From a virus (taxonomy: Duplodnaviria; Caudoviricetes): DNA of 64,000 nucleotides. Location: the IMG/VR virus record IMGVR_UViG_3300028833_000120, positions 1 to 64,000 of that record; one strand, 5' to 3'. This document shows positions 30,901 to 40,599 of the stretch, in pieces. Position 1 is the stretch's first letter; each line of letters starts with the position of its first letter. Below the pieces are notes generated by a model. It worked only from the letters and a program-made list of their open reading frames with translations. It was not told the origin of the DNA and ran no database searches. The position numbers and the translations under genes are program-made.

Positions 30901-30962
30901 ATTACATAAATAACATATACATAAAAAAAAAATTACATAAATAACATATACATAAAAAAAAA
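30901..30962 (+). repeat. Perfect 2 x 31-bp tandem duplication containing the late promoter
   Basis: ATTACATAAATAACATATACATAAAAAAAAA twice. Confidence 0.9.
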
Positions 30963-30965
30963 GAT

Positions 30966-31433
30966 ATGATTAAGAAATTTGAAAATTTTATAAACGAAAA
31001 TGCATCAAATGGTATTTTTCCAAAAAAATTACAAGAACATATAGAGTTTATAATACAATCTCTAAAAAAATCAGAAGATAAAGATAAAAATATATCTGCT
31101 TTCTTTACAAGTACAAAAGATGAAGAAAGAAATGAAATAAAACGAATGTTGGAAAAAGAACTTGGTGATGATTTATTCATAATCAATAAAGACATTGATT
31201 CAACTGAAGATATGGAAAAAACCATTGAAGAAAATAAAGGTAAAGTATTCTATTTCACTCATTTTAAATCAAAAGAAATGTTGAAAGTAATATGTGCAAC
31301 ACCATTGAAACACAATTGTGTCATAAACATATGCACAACAAACGAACCAGAAGGAAAACTCTGGGGTGAAATATTTAAAGAACGTTTTACTTGGATTTGT
31401 AACATTTCAGAATTAAAAGATTTATGGAAATAA
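30966..31433 (+). CDS. Putative head-packaged internal protein
   Basis: N-terminus MIKKFENFINE; late promoter upstream; terminator at 31441-31466. Confidence 0.65.
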   Translation: MIKKFENFINENASNGIFPKKLQEHIEFIIQSLKKSEDKDKNISAFFTSTKDEERNEIKRMLEKELGDDLFIINKDIDSTEDMEKTIEENKGKVFYFTHFKSKEMLKVICATPLKHNCVINICTTNEPEGKLWGEIFKERFTWICNISELKDLWK

Positions 31434-31472
31434 ACAAAATAAAAGGAGGTCGATTGACCTCCTTTTATTTTT

Positions 31473-32156
31473 CTACCATAACGGAATGTCATCAACCTTT
31501 CCGTCGAACCTTTCCATATTTCCGGTGTCCCAATTCATTATTTTAGCAGGAATTTCAGTTTCCGGAAGACACATTGACACTCCATCCATCCTGAAAAGGT
31601 TATAAGAGACGATTTCTGCCCATTTTTTTACCTCTGTGGGGTCTTTACCGAACTTTGTGGTAAAACTCTCCACAACGGCAGATAAAACGTTCTCACGGGC
31701 AAGAAACAATGAATCTTCCTGCCACTCGTATCCATAAGTTGATTTAAGTGCAAGTTCCGCCAATCGGTACCATTCTTTTTCATCATTGGTTTTTATTCTC
31801 TGAAGTTTTCTGTCAAGAATACCAACCCTCTTGTTGATTGGAATCTTCTCACCACTCGAAACATCATAGAGTGTTGTGAGATATGGTGCTTCACCACAAG
31901 TCACTTCAAGAACTTTTCTTTTGATATATTCCTCATCAGAACCTTTATATTCCTCATCAAACATATCATTCATTCTTTTCACCACCTCAATCGGAGTAAA
32001 AACCTCCGCTTTCTCTTTCGTCCTTGCAGTCTGTACATCGACATTCTTTAAGTAACGTGGTACAACTTCATCAACATTTACATTGAGTTTTCCACCGGTT
32101 GTACGTTCTTCAAGTAAAATTTCTTTTATATTCTTATCTATATTCATTTCAAACAT
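31473..32156 (-). CDS. SAM-binding half of a gamma-class amino-methyltransferase (no catalytic motif IV)
   Basis: EVFTP (motif X), LEVTCGEAPYL (I), YGYEWQ (II), RMDG (III); no NPPY. Confidence 0.75.
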   Translation of the reverse strand: MFEMNIDKNIKEILLEERTTGGKLNVNVDEVVPRYLKNVDVQTARTKEKAEVFTPIEVVKRMNDMFDEEYKGSDEEYIKRKVLEVTCGEAPYLTTLYDVSSGEKIPINKRVGILDRKLQRIKTNDEKEWYRLAELALKSTYGYEWQEDSLFLARENVLSAVVESFTTKFGKDPTEVKKWAEIVSYNLFRMDGVSMCLPETEIPAKIMNWDTGNMERFDGKVDDIPLW

Positions 32157-33016
32157 CTGTCTTTTCTTTTCCTTTCAAAATCAAATCCATTAACATATTC
32201 AAGTATTTCATCTACATCCTCTTCCTCACACCCGACACTAAACAGAAGTTCCCTCTCATTTTCAATCTTCGAGTAGTCAATATCAGGAAACAATCTCCAC
32301 ACCTTTCTTTTCATATTCCTATCGTCTTGACAAATCCACAGACAAAACCTCATAAGATTGGTATGAAGTAAATTCCATACATTCTTTGCAGACTTTTTAT
32401 CACAGAAACCGAGAACAACCTTCGTTGTTGTATCAGTCCTGAAAAACTTGTTTTCCTCTTCGAGACTCAACACACCGACATTCTCCAAAGACTTCTGTGC
32501 AATCCACTTTCCGTTTTCCTTATAGTTTGCATAACTAACATTGATAAACCAAGAATATTGGTTCAACTTCTTCAAGTCTTTTGTTTTATTCCAGTTATAA
32601 TAGTCCTTATTCCAACTACCATACATAGTGACGGTGTGTTTGTACATCTTCTCTTCTTTATCCATAAGAGAACATATCTTTTTTTCTATGTGATTCAGAA
32701 GAATATTATCACCAAAATTCAGTCTGAAATCAAAATTCTTTGAACCTTTCTTGCAAAAATAGATTGCTGGGTCTGTCATTTGTGTTTCTTGAAACAATAC
32801 ACTATCCACAATCTCTATCCTCTCACATCCGAGTCTTTTCAAGAACGTTCTCTCCCTCTCCATTCTCATATCATACAAACATTTAGATGGCATAATGAAA
32901 CAGAGTTTGTCATCAAACACACAAGTACTTGACTTCATTATATTGAAATGAAGCAATCTACTTCCCACCTTATCATGTCCGTATGGTGGATTGCCCACGA
33001 TTACATCAAATCTCAT
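32144..33016 (-). CDS. Catalytic/target-recognition half of a gamma-class (Eco57I/TaqI-like) methyltransferase
   Basis: Begins directly at MRFDVIVGNPPY, has FIMP; no motif I. Confidence 0.75.
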   Translation of the reverse strand: MRFDVIVGNPPYGHDKVGSRLLHFNIMKSSTCVFDDKLCFIMPSKCLYDMRMERERTFLKRLGCERIEIVDSVLFQETQMTDPAIYFCKKGSKNFDFRLNFGDNILLNHIEKKICSLMDKEEKMYKHTVTMYGSWNKDYYNWNKTKDLKKLNQYSWFINVSYANYKENGKWIAQKSLENVGVLSLEEENKFFRTDTTTKVVLGFCDKKSAKNVWNLLHTNLMRFCLWICQDDRNMKRKVWRLFPDIDYSKIENERELLFSVGCEEEDVDEILEYVNGFDFERKRKDRCLK

Positions 33017-33020
33017 ATAC

Positions 33021-33043
33021 TAAATATAACAAATACATAAATA
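33021..33043. promoter_or_regulatory. Compact divergent early (-) / late (+) promoter cassette; similar cassettes at 30889-30912 and 35751-35772
   Basis: TAAATATAACAAA immediately followed by CATAAATA. Confidence 0.75.
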
Positions 33044-33064
33044 ATATAAATCAAAACAAAATTT

Positions 33065-33451
33065 ATGGAACTTAAAAATTTTGAAGAATTTATCAGTGAG
33101 AATGTAAATCAAAATTCAGATTTAATATTTTTCTGTAAACATTCTGACTTCTGTACATATTGTCCTCTGTTTCACGGTGGTAGTAGTAGAACTTGTCACG
33201 ACCACGAAGGAATCTTTGTATCAAAAGACACAAGAATTGAAAACGGAAACGAACTCGTATGGGTTTGCATAAACGGTGAATGGAGTTGGCAGAAGAAAGA
33301 TATAGAACCATCAAAATTCGACAACAGTAAAACTTCAAAAAGAAGAATCATAGACGGTAAAAAATGCAGATTCTACAAAGGTCATTGGGTTGATATTGAT
33401 AACAAAGATGTTATAGTGAAAGACTATACAAACGATGTATTTGGTGAATAA
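33065..33451 (+). CDS. Putative internal protein, Cys/His-rich
   Basis: MELKNFEEFISE; CxHxxxCxxC; late promoter; terminator at 33465-33491. Confidence 0.65.
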   Translation: MELKNFEEFISENVNQNSDLIFFCKHSDFCTYCPLFHGGSSRTCHDHEGIFVSKDTRIENGNELVWVCINGEWSWQKKDIEPSKFDNSKTSKRRIIDGKKCRFYKGHWVDIDNKDVIVKDYTNDVFGE

Positions 33452-33490
33452 AACTTATAAAACAAAAAGGAGGTCAAACGACCTCCTTTT

Positions 33491-33854
33491 TTATTGTAGT
33501 TGTTCCTTCCAAGTTTTCCCACACTTCCGGCAAGTGTAAACTCGATAAGTGTTGTGAACTTTATGTTTTCCGAACTCCGTCTTGTTTCCATTTTCATCAA
33601 GATATTCTTCCTCATACGAAATTGATGAGTTGTTGTAACAGTTGTGGTATATCTTATCTGGTAGTGAAAACTCTTCGTTGATTATCATAAGAATCACAAG
33701 TGCCCACGACATAAAGACACACAACAATATACCTGGTATCAAAAAACAACTTCGGATGGTCATAGTCTTTATACTCACGAATTTTTTTGTTACCGAGCAA
33801 AGCGATAACGATACCTATTGTCCAAAAGATTATAAGTGCAAGTATGTTGTTCAT
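33491..33854 (-). CDS. Two-TM membrane protein with C-terminal CxxC, split by a +1 frame break
   Basis: ORF 33654..33854 (first TM) and ORF 33491..33778 (second TM, CRKC) join if one base is removed from the homopolymer at 33741-33746 or 33782-33788. Confidence 0.5.
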
Positions 33855-33861
33855 ATTTTTA

Positions 33862-34128
33862 TTAAAATTTATATGTCCTACAATCCATCGGTGGATATTT
33901 TACTTCCAGAAGTCCCAACACAGACCTTACATTTTTTGATGCTTTCACGGCTTCATCGTAATTGTTATAAACCGCCCATTGGTTTCCACCACGTACAACT
34001 TCCATTCTTTCGACCGTCATATTGTATCCACAATCGGCGAGGTTCTCCACAAGGAAATCGAGGTCTCTCAAATACCACCAGTTCCCATATTTCTTGACAA
34101 ATCTTTTTTTATTGTTCTTCGGTATCAT
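33862..34128 (-). CDS. Hypothetical protein
   Basis: Likely start MIPKNNKK. Confidence 0.6.
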   Translation of the reverse strand: MIPKNNKKRFVKKYGNWWYLRDLDFLVENLADCGYNMTVERMEVVRGGNQWAVYNNYDEAVKASKNVRSVLGLLEVKYPPMDCRTYKF

Positions 34129-34969
34129 TGTTCGTTTTATTTTTTGATAAAATATCTTCAAACTCTTTAATCATTTCATCATTTATAAATTTATAACCAT
34201 CTGCTTTTCTACTCTTTTTAATAAACCAACTAAACATTCTTCTTGTATTTGTATCACAAAAATCTGGCATCGAATATGGGTTTGTTGAAACAAATGCTTT
34301 TATTACACTATGATAAAAATCATTTTTTTGTATATATAATTCGATTTCTTTACGATTTGCAACTCTAAATGATTTCTCATCATAGTCCAAATTTTGTAAA
34401 TAATCATCTTTCCATTCAAAATCTTCATCATACCCAACAAGACTTTTGAAAAAATCATCACGTATATCTTCAAATTCAACCAAACATTTTCCTTTACAAG
34501 TATTTACAACATAAACAACAAACGGCATAATTTTCTTTCCATTTATTGTGATACCTTTTTTTCTTATACCTATTGGCATTGTTTCATTACAATGAAACGC
34601 TGATAAATCATTCAATTTTATAGAAATATCATATAAACCTATAGCAGTCATTCGTAATTGTCCTTTGTGGTTTCCTATGAAATACAATGTACCAAAATCA
34701 CCCTCTTCAGTTACACCTTCAATCCAAATAAGATTATCACAACGAATATCAAACATATATTCATCATTTAATTTGATGCAACCAGAATTTTTTGGATGAA
34801 AATCGGTTTCACCACTATCAATGAGTTTATTTTTTTCATAACAAAATAAACAATGTTTATCATCATCGTTTTCTAAAAACATTTTTGCTGTATCACTAAA
34901 CTTTGACATCTTCTTCAATTCTGACATTATAGTTTCATCAGAAACTGATAAATAATTATAAATTTTCAT
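34109..34969 (-). CDS. Hypothetical protein
   Basis: 286-aa ORF co-oriented in the operon. Confidence 0.7.
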   Translation of the reverse strand: MKIYNYLSVSDETIMSELKKMSKFSDTAKMFLENDDDKHCLFCYEKNKLIDSGETDFHPKNSGCIKLNDEYMFDIRCDNLIWIEGVTEEGDFGTLYFIGNHKGQLRMTAIGLYDISIKLNDLSAFHCNETMPIGIRKKGITINGKKIMPFVVYVVNTCKGKCLVEFEDIRDDFFKSLVGYDEDFEWKDDYLQNLDYDEKSFRVANRKEIELYIQKNDFYHSVIKAFVSTNPYSMPDFCDTNTRRMFSWFIKKSRKADGYKFINDEMIKEFEDILSKNKTNNDTEEQ

Positions 34970-34993
34970 ATTCTTATTTTTTTAGTTTATATC

Positions 34994-35746
34994 TTACCAC
35001 AACCCTTCGACAGGTTCATCAACTTCCTTAATCAATCTTTCATTTGCAAATTTTACATACTCATCAGATATTTCAAACCCTATGAAATTCCTTCCAGTCT
35101 GTTTTGCCGCCACGGCAGTCGTCCCACTCCCCATAAAGGGGTCGAGTATCAAATCACCTTCTTTCGAAAAAAGGGTTATTAGTTTCTTTGCAAAATCAAC
35201 AGGGAAACAAGCCCCATGAGTTGATGTGTTATTCTGTTTATGAAAACCAGAAATCACATTGTTTTGCATCCCACGACCGAAATACGAGTTGTTTATCACA
35301 CGACCTTTCTTATCGTCACCCTCCAAAATAACAACAAATTCGTAACAAGAGTTCAATACTTTGTCGTGCATCGCCGGTTGCCCCCCTTTGTGCCAAATCA
35401 TAATGTCTTTTATATATGGTGAGAAATCACCAAGCAGTCTGAAGAACGCTTCCTTGGAACCCGTGACAATTTGGTAGTTGTAACACACAATCTTCGACAC
35501 TCTCAACAACTCTGTCAAAACATCTTTGTGAAAATAATAGTATTCTTCAATAGGAAGGTCATCACCGAAATATTTATACTTCTTACTGAAGTGCTCACCG
35601 TGCTCTCTTACAGTATATTGTCCTTCACGGATACGAGTTCTCATGTTATAAGGTGGTGACGTAAGTACCATATCAACAGACTTGTCTGGAAGTTTCTTCA
35701 ACCCTTCAAGACAGTCTTGGCTATATATTTTGTTTATCTCCAACAT
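34994..35746 (-). CDS. Beta-class DNA methyltransferase
   Basis: Start at MLEINKIY; TSPPY, HGACFP and DPFMGSGTT. Confidence 0.92.
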   Translation of the reverse strand: MLEINKIYSQDCLEGLKKLPDKSVDMVLTSPPYNMRTRIREGQYTVREHGEHFSKKYKYFGDDLPIEEYYYFHKDVLTELLRVSKIVCYNYQIVTGSKEAFFRLLGDFSPYIKDIMIWHKGGQPAMHDKVLNSCYEFVVILEGDDKKGRVINNSYFGRGMQNNVISGFHKQNNTSTHGACFPVDFAKKLITLFSKEGDLILDPFMGSGTTAVAAKQTGRNFIGFEISDEYVKFANERLIKEVDEPVEGLW

Positions 35747-35795
35747 ACAATAAATATAACAAAACATAAATAAGTTATATAAATAAAAAAGAAAC

Positions 35796-36017
35796 ATGAT
35801 TAAAACATTTGAAGATTTCAGTAGAACAAAAATTGAACCAAAATTATACAGTGGTATATTACAATACAGTGGTGAGGAAACCACAGGACAACTTATAGTA
35901 TTTAACAACAATATGTACATATTGTCGGATGAAAATATTTTTGAAGGTAACAACACAATTTTAATCGGTGCCGACGAAGAGACATTGGTAGACCCTAACA
36001 CGGTAAAAGAACTATAA
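35796..36017 (+). CDS. Putative small internal protein
   Basis: MIKTFEDF; CATAAATA at 35765. Confidence 0.6.
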   Translation: MIKTFEDFSRTKIEPKLYSGILQYSGEETTGQLIVFNNNMYILSDENIFEGNNTILIGADEETLVDPNTVKEL

Positions 36018-36062
36018 GTGATAAACTATAAGACATAAACAAATTATATAAATAAAAAAACT

Positions 36063-36410
36063 ATGATTAAAAAATTTGAAGAATTTGTAAACGAATCTCT
36101 AAACCAATTAGATTTTGAACCAATTTTGTGGGGTGTTGAAATCTTTGATGATGAGATGGAGGATGACAAAGGTATTTCCGTAACTCTTGAAAGAGGTGCC
36201 GGTGGTGGTCGAGAACTTATTGAATCACACTGGAAAGTATATGCAATTGAGGATTTGGATGACAGATGGAACGTAAAGGCTATCTGCATCGATTCCGAAG
36301 ATAGAAGATACCAACCAGATGATGAGATTGATTTTGAAGTCAATAAAGACGATGATGTTTGGGACCTTGAATCTTTATTGCAAGATGCTCTTGATAAAGA
36401 AGGATTCTAG
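36063..36410 (+). CDS. Putative small acidic internal protein
   Basis: MIKKFEEFVNES; very D/E-rich; terminator at 36412-36441. Confidence 0.65.
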   Translation: MIKKFEEFVNESLNQLDFEPILWGVEIFDDEMEDDKGISVTLERGAGGGRELIESHWKVYAIEDLDDRWNVKAICIDSEDRRYQPDDEIDFEVNKDDDVWDLESLLQDALDKEGF

Positions 36411-36455
36411 TAAAAAAGACAACACATGGTTGTCTTTTTTTGTTATATTTAATAT

Positions 36456-37226
36456 ATGTTGGAAATAAACCGAATATATAACCAAAATTGTCTCGAAGGT
36501 ATGAAAGAGATAGATGACAAGTCAATCGACTGCATCATCTGTGATTTACCTTATGAGGTTCTCAATAAATCGAATGAAAACGCCAAATGGGACGTTGTGA
36601 TACCTTTTGACAAACTATGGGAACAATACAACAGAATAATCAAGGACAACGGTGCTATATTACTTTTTGGACAGGGTATGTTCACTGCACAGTTGATGAT
36701 GAGTAATTCTTCAATGTGGAGGTATAATCTTATATGGAAAAAAGGAAACCGTTCCACTGGTTTCCTGAATGCAAAAAGGATGCCTCTTCGTAACCACGAA
36801 GACATTGTTGTATTCTACAAGAAACTTCCGACATATAATCCACAGAAAACAGTTGGTGCCAAAAATCATTCACGTGGTTATATGAAAAACGAACAAAAAA
36901 ACCAATGCTATGGTAAATTTGATGCTTCCTTATCCGAAAATGATTTTTCAGGTATGAAGTATCCGACGAGTATAATTGATGTTGAGAAAGAACATTGTAA
37001 GACATTCCACCCGACACAGAAACCGGTTGAACTTATATCATACTTGATAAAGACTTATACAAATGAAGGAGACTTGGTTCTAGACAATTGCATGGGAAGT
37101 GGAACAACTGCAATCGCCTGTATAAAAGAAAACAGAAACTTTATCGGATTTGAAACAAACGAAGAATATTTTGATAAAGCAAACAAAAGAATAAATGATG
37201 AAAAATCAATAGTAAAATTGTTTTAA
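36456..37226 (+). CDS. Beta-class DNA methyltransferase
   Basis: CDLPY, HPTQKP and DNCMGSGTT; promoter at 36437-36451. Confidence 0.92.
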   Translation: MLEINRIYNQNCLEGMKEIDDKSIDCIICDLPYEVLNKSNENAKWDVVIPFDKLWEQYNRIIKDNGAILLFGQGMFTAQLMMSNSSMWRYNLIWKKGNRSTGFLNAKRMPLRNHEDIVVFYKKLPTYNPQKTVGAKNHSRGYMKNEQKNQCYGKFDASLSENDFSGMKYPTSIIDVEKEHCKTFHPTQKPVELISYLIKTYTNEGDLVLDNCMGSGTTAIACIKENRNFIGFETNEEYFDKANKRINDEKSIVKLF

Positions 37227-37241
37227 CAAAAAAGGTTGGAG

Positions 37242-38120
37242 TCATCTTCCAACCTTTTTTGTTTTCCAACCATATTCTTTCATTTTCTCGTGAATATACT
37301 CCATGTCTTTTTTTGACAGTCCAAACTCATCCATCAACGACTCATCCGAATAGTCCACATTATTGGGTTGTGATGGAATCATTTTTAACAGGGATTTAGG
37401 ACATTTTGTAGATTTTTTGAAAAACATTATTACAAAAAGAACCAAGTCAGTATTCAACCATTCTATAAATTTTTTACTGGAGTCCTCACTCGAGAATGTG
37501 AAAACGTTCCATTGTCCGTCAGATATTTCCTTATGTGGTGAAAGATTTTCTTGTGTAAATAAAGTTGGCCAGTCCCATTCATAATTTCCACCATCACGGA
37601 CATGACCACGATGAACCGATAGAAGACAATGCCAACCGAATGGTATATTGTATATTTTCTTAACTCTTTCCTCTCCATGTATGTCAGCGAGTGACATAAA
37701 CGACATCTCTTTTAAATCCAAACTTTTATGTTTGGAAATTTTTTCAATAATCTCCTTATTTTTGAAATGTTCCCCACCAAACCGGATGTTCTTTACAAAG
37801 TCACTCGTTATTCCATATTTTCCTTTCTTTGAAAATGTAAAGATACCGACACCACGTATGATATCAACTGTTCCGAATATATTCCTCAAACCTTCATCAT
37901 ATTCAAAACCAGATAGCATCAACGACGAATATTTCTCACAGAATCTTTTATAATGTGGGTCTTTTTCGTTCATATTGTCGACTACCGATGTCGGGTTTAT
38001 CAGGCACATAACACTTTCATCATCCATATTGTTATCGTATATAGATTTGGTTATCTGTATATACAAAGGGTCCCAGTGACCTTGGTATGGTGGATTGCCT
38101 ACTATAATATCAAATATCAT
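37242..38120 (-). CDS. Second stand-alone NPPY catalytic/TRD half of a gamma-class methyltransferase
   Basis: Begins MIFDIIVGNPPY, has LINP; no motif I. Confidence 0.75.
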   Translation of the reverse strand: MIFDIIVGNPPYQGHWDPLYIQITKSIYDNNMDDESVMCLINPTSVVDNMNEKDPHYKRFCEKYSSLMLSGFEYDEGLRNIFGTVDIIRGVGIFTFSKKGKYGITSDFVKNIRFGGEHFKNKEIIEKISKHKSLDLKEMSFMSLADIHGEERVKKIYNIPFGWHCLLSVHRGHVRDGGNYEWDWPTLFTQENLSPHKEISDGQWNVFTFSSEDSSKKFIEWLNTDLVLFVIMFFKKSTKCPKSLLKMIPSQPNNVDYSDESLMDEFGLSKKDMEYIHEKMKEYGWKTKKVGR

Positions 38121-38167
38121 ATATTAAAAATAACAAACGGAAGATTTTTTTAGTCTTCCGTTCTTAT

Positions 38168-39307
38168 TTATTTCAATTTTTCGTGGTTTCCATAGGCAGT
38201 CTTTGGTATGATTGCAAGTGTGATTGGGAGGATGGATGCAACACCCCATTTCTGAAGTTCAAGACAGATGTCATCAAGTGTTGCACCGGAAGATATGTTG
38301 TCATCGAATATAACAACATGTTTTCCTTTAAGTTTAAGTCTCATATCTTTCAATTTTGGATTTATTACAAAAAGACCTTCGATAGACCTTCTGTGTTTAT
38401 CATCCAAAGACTTGATTTCAAATTTCTTTGCCCTTCCGTTTTCGTCCTTTGTTTTATCTTTACCTCTTCTACCAAAATTATGTCTCCTAATTTTTATGAG
38501 TTCCTCTATGGCCTTTATCTCATTTTTTTTATCCGTCACATCCCGTGTAGGTCTTCCTCTTTTTCCGATTGCATATGCAATAGAATCATTCAGTTCATCA
38601 ACCCTGACCCTTAAATTATAAATGTCTGCATCGAATTGCCAATTCTCAATATCTTTTTGAAGTTTATGTATCTCCATGTCTGTAAGACCGATACTCTTTG
38701 CAACATCTGTATTAACAACGACATTTTTTATATCTTTGATAAGCAAGTCTGGAATACACTTGATACCCGGTGAATCCTTGTATCTCTTCATTATATACTC
38801 AACCATATCCTTGTTGAAATCACTAGAACTCTGTGGAAAAGTTATTATATCGATTGGATTATCTTTTAAAAGATGATATATGTACAAAGATGTCCTCTTC
38901 ATAAATTTGTCGATTGAATCAAAGTCTATATTTCTCTTTTCTATATTCTTGAACTTACTTGGGTGTTTCAAGGCCATAGAAACTCTCATATCCGATATTT
39001 TATATAGGTTGTATGACATCACGTTACTTTTTGGTAGAAGTACTTCATGATATTCAAATTTTTTATCGTCATTGAATATTTCGGTAGATGTTGAATCTGT
39101 ATCATTCTTACCTGGTGTAAATCTAAAAGTTCTGTCGCTTGAACGACCACGTGACCCGAAAGACCATCCTTCACTGCATAAATCAATTTTATCATACCCC
39201 ATCTCATGTTCCTCTTCCATAAGAAGTTCGATAAAATCAAATATAGACAATGAATCTTCAATTATAACATTATCTACAAATTCATCATATGTTTTTATAT
39301 TATTCAT
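38168..39307 (-). CDS. Type I phosphoribosyltransferase-domain protein, late gene with capsid-targeting-like N-terminus
   Basis: PRPP loop VVIFDDNISSGATL; PQSSS; MNNIKTYDEFVD; CATAAATA at 39332-39339. Confidence 0.75.
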   Translation of the reverse strand: MNNIKTYDEFVDNVIIEDSLSIFDFIELLMEEEHEMGYDKIDLCSEGWSFGSRGRSSDRTFRFTPGKNDTDSTSTEIFNDDKKFEYHEVLLPKSNVMSYNLYKISDMRVSMALKHPSKFKNIEKRNIDFDSIDKFMKRTSLYIYHLLKDNPIDIITFPQSSSDFNKDMVEYIMKRYKDSPGIKCIPDLLIKDIKNVVVNTDVAKSIGLTDMEIHKLQKDIENWQFDADIYNLRVRVDELNDSIAYAIGKRGRPTRDVTDKKNEIKAIEELIKIRRHNFGRRGKDKTKDENGRAKKFEIKSLDDKHRRSIEGLFVINPKLKDMRLKLKGKHVVIFDDNISSGATLDDICLELQKWGVASILPITLAIIPKTAYGNHEKLK

Positions 39308-39378
39308 ATCATTAAAATAATCATTTTATAATATTTATGAGAAAGGGCTTGGAACAAAAGTCCCAAGTCCTTTCAATA

Positions 39379-40599
39379 TTAAAACAGAGGAACATCGTGT
39401 GACATGCTTATGTCGATTGGTGAATATCCCATAGCCTCCACAATTCTGTTCATTGGTCCAAGAATAAGCAGGTCGAACATTTTGTCGTAATCGATTTCAA
39501 AACCACTTGCCATATCCATTGGATAATTACCGGCTGGATATGAAAACGCCTGTATAGGTTCTTTCATCTGACAGTCTATATAATAGTCAACATTCCCACG
39601 TTTTTCGATGATTCCACCTTTCGTGAATCTGACTTCTTGATGTTTTCTTACATTTGCAATGTCAGAAACCTTGATTTCACAACATTTCCAGTAAGTATAC
39701 CTTTGTGTTGGTTTTATATATATCACACACAGTTTATCACTGTCAACAAGTGCCGTATATTTTCTTTTATACTTTTCATTACTATTCAACAACCAGTTAT
39801 AGAATGATGCACCCTGCACAGTCACCATCGCCTTTTGCATAAGTTCAATTTCACCAACGTCGGATAAGACATACTCTCCATATTTGTTCATTCCTTTGTT
39901 AACTGAAATCGTCTCAAAGTTCTGCATCATAAAACTTTTCTTGACTGCTTTCATCTGTTTGACAAAACCCTCGATTGTGAATTTTTCTTGTTTGAATATC
40001 CACTTAATCAAATCAGTCATCTGCTTCTTGACCCAAGTCGAACTAGATGTCTGTGCAATCTCAATACCGGTCGGTTTGATTTTAGTGCAAGAATCATAGT
40101 AAACATTTGGCTCAGCCCAAGTGGTATTCTTCACATACTTTTTCTTAGCGAGCCAGATACCAGCCTCATTGTATGCCTCCAACTCGAAGTCGAGAATATT
40201 AGGTGTTCCCTGCTTGGCGGCATAGTCCTCATGTATCTTCTTCAAGAAGTCCTTCATAAACACACGGTCAAGAGTAAGACAGAACTCACGACCTGCTGGT
40301 TCTATTTTATCAATCTCAAAATCATACTTTTCTTTATCGATTGAATCGACATCAAAATATTGTCTTGCATCATCTTCAGTCGGATAACCACCGGAAGACA
40401 CATACACGAATTCTTTCTGGTCATTCGACTTGTTAATCTTGGTGAGTCTCCACACGTCGTGTAACATCCAATCAGTTGAATTTACAATCTCATAAAATGA
40501 ACAGTATACACTATCAGTATCTATGTATCTACTTATAGGTGAGATAGTTACATTTTTATCTGGGATAAACACCCATTTTTTTATGTGTTTTTTCATCAA
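39379..40599 (-). CDS. gp43: Family B DNA polymerase, C-terminal part (palm motif C, thumb)
   Basis: YIDTDS, FELE, AKKKY and GIE; ends VPLF. Confidence 0.88.
   Translation of the reverse strand: MMKKHIKKWVFIPDKNVTISPISRYIDTDSVYCSFYEIVNSTDWMLHDVWRLTKINKSNDQKEFVYVSSGGYPTEDDARQYFDVDSIDKEKYDFEIDKIEPAGREFCLTLDRVFMKDFLKKIHEDYAAKQGTPNILDFELEAYNEAGIWLAKKKYVKNTTWAEPNVYYDSCTKIKPTGIEIAQTSSSTWVKKQMTDLIKWIFKQEKFTIEGFVKQMKAVKKSFMMQNFETISVNKGMNKYGEYVLSDVGEIELMQKAMVTVQGASFYNWLLNSNEKYKRKYTALVDSDKLCVIYIKPTQRYTYWKCCEIKVSDIANVRKHQEVRFTKGGIIEKRGNVDYYIDCQMKEPIQAFSYPAGNYPMDMASGFEIDYDKMFDLLILGPMNRIVEAMGYSPIDISMSHDVPLF

Noticed and set aside
34994-36001. 335-aa version of the MTase, and extended starts at 13600, 15483, 22077 and 61269
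   Set aside because: The extensions run through promoter motifs or opposite-strand genes; downstream ATGs match paralogue starts or promoter spacing
23047-38120. Complete restriction-modification system
   Set aside because: No recognisable endonuclease, HsdR/HsdS or Res gene beside the MTases
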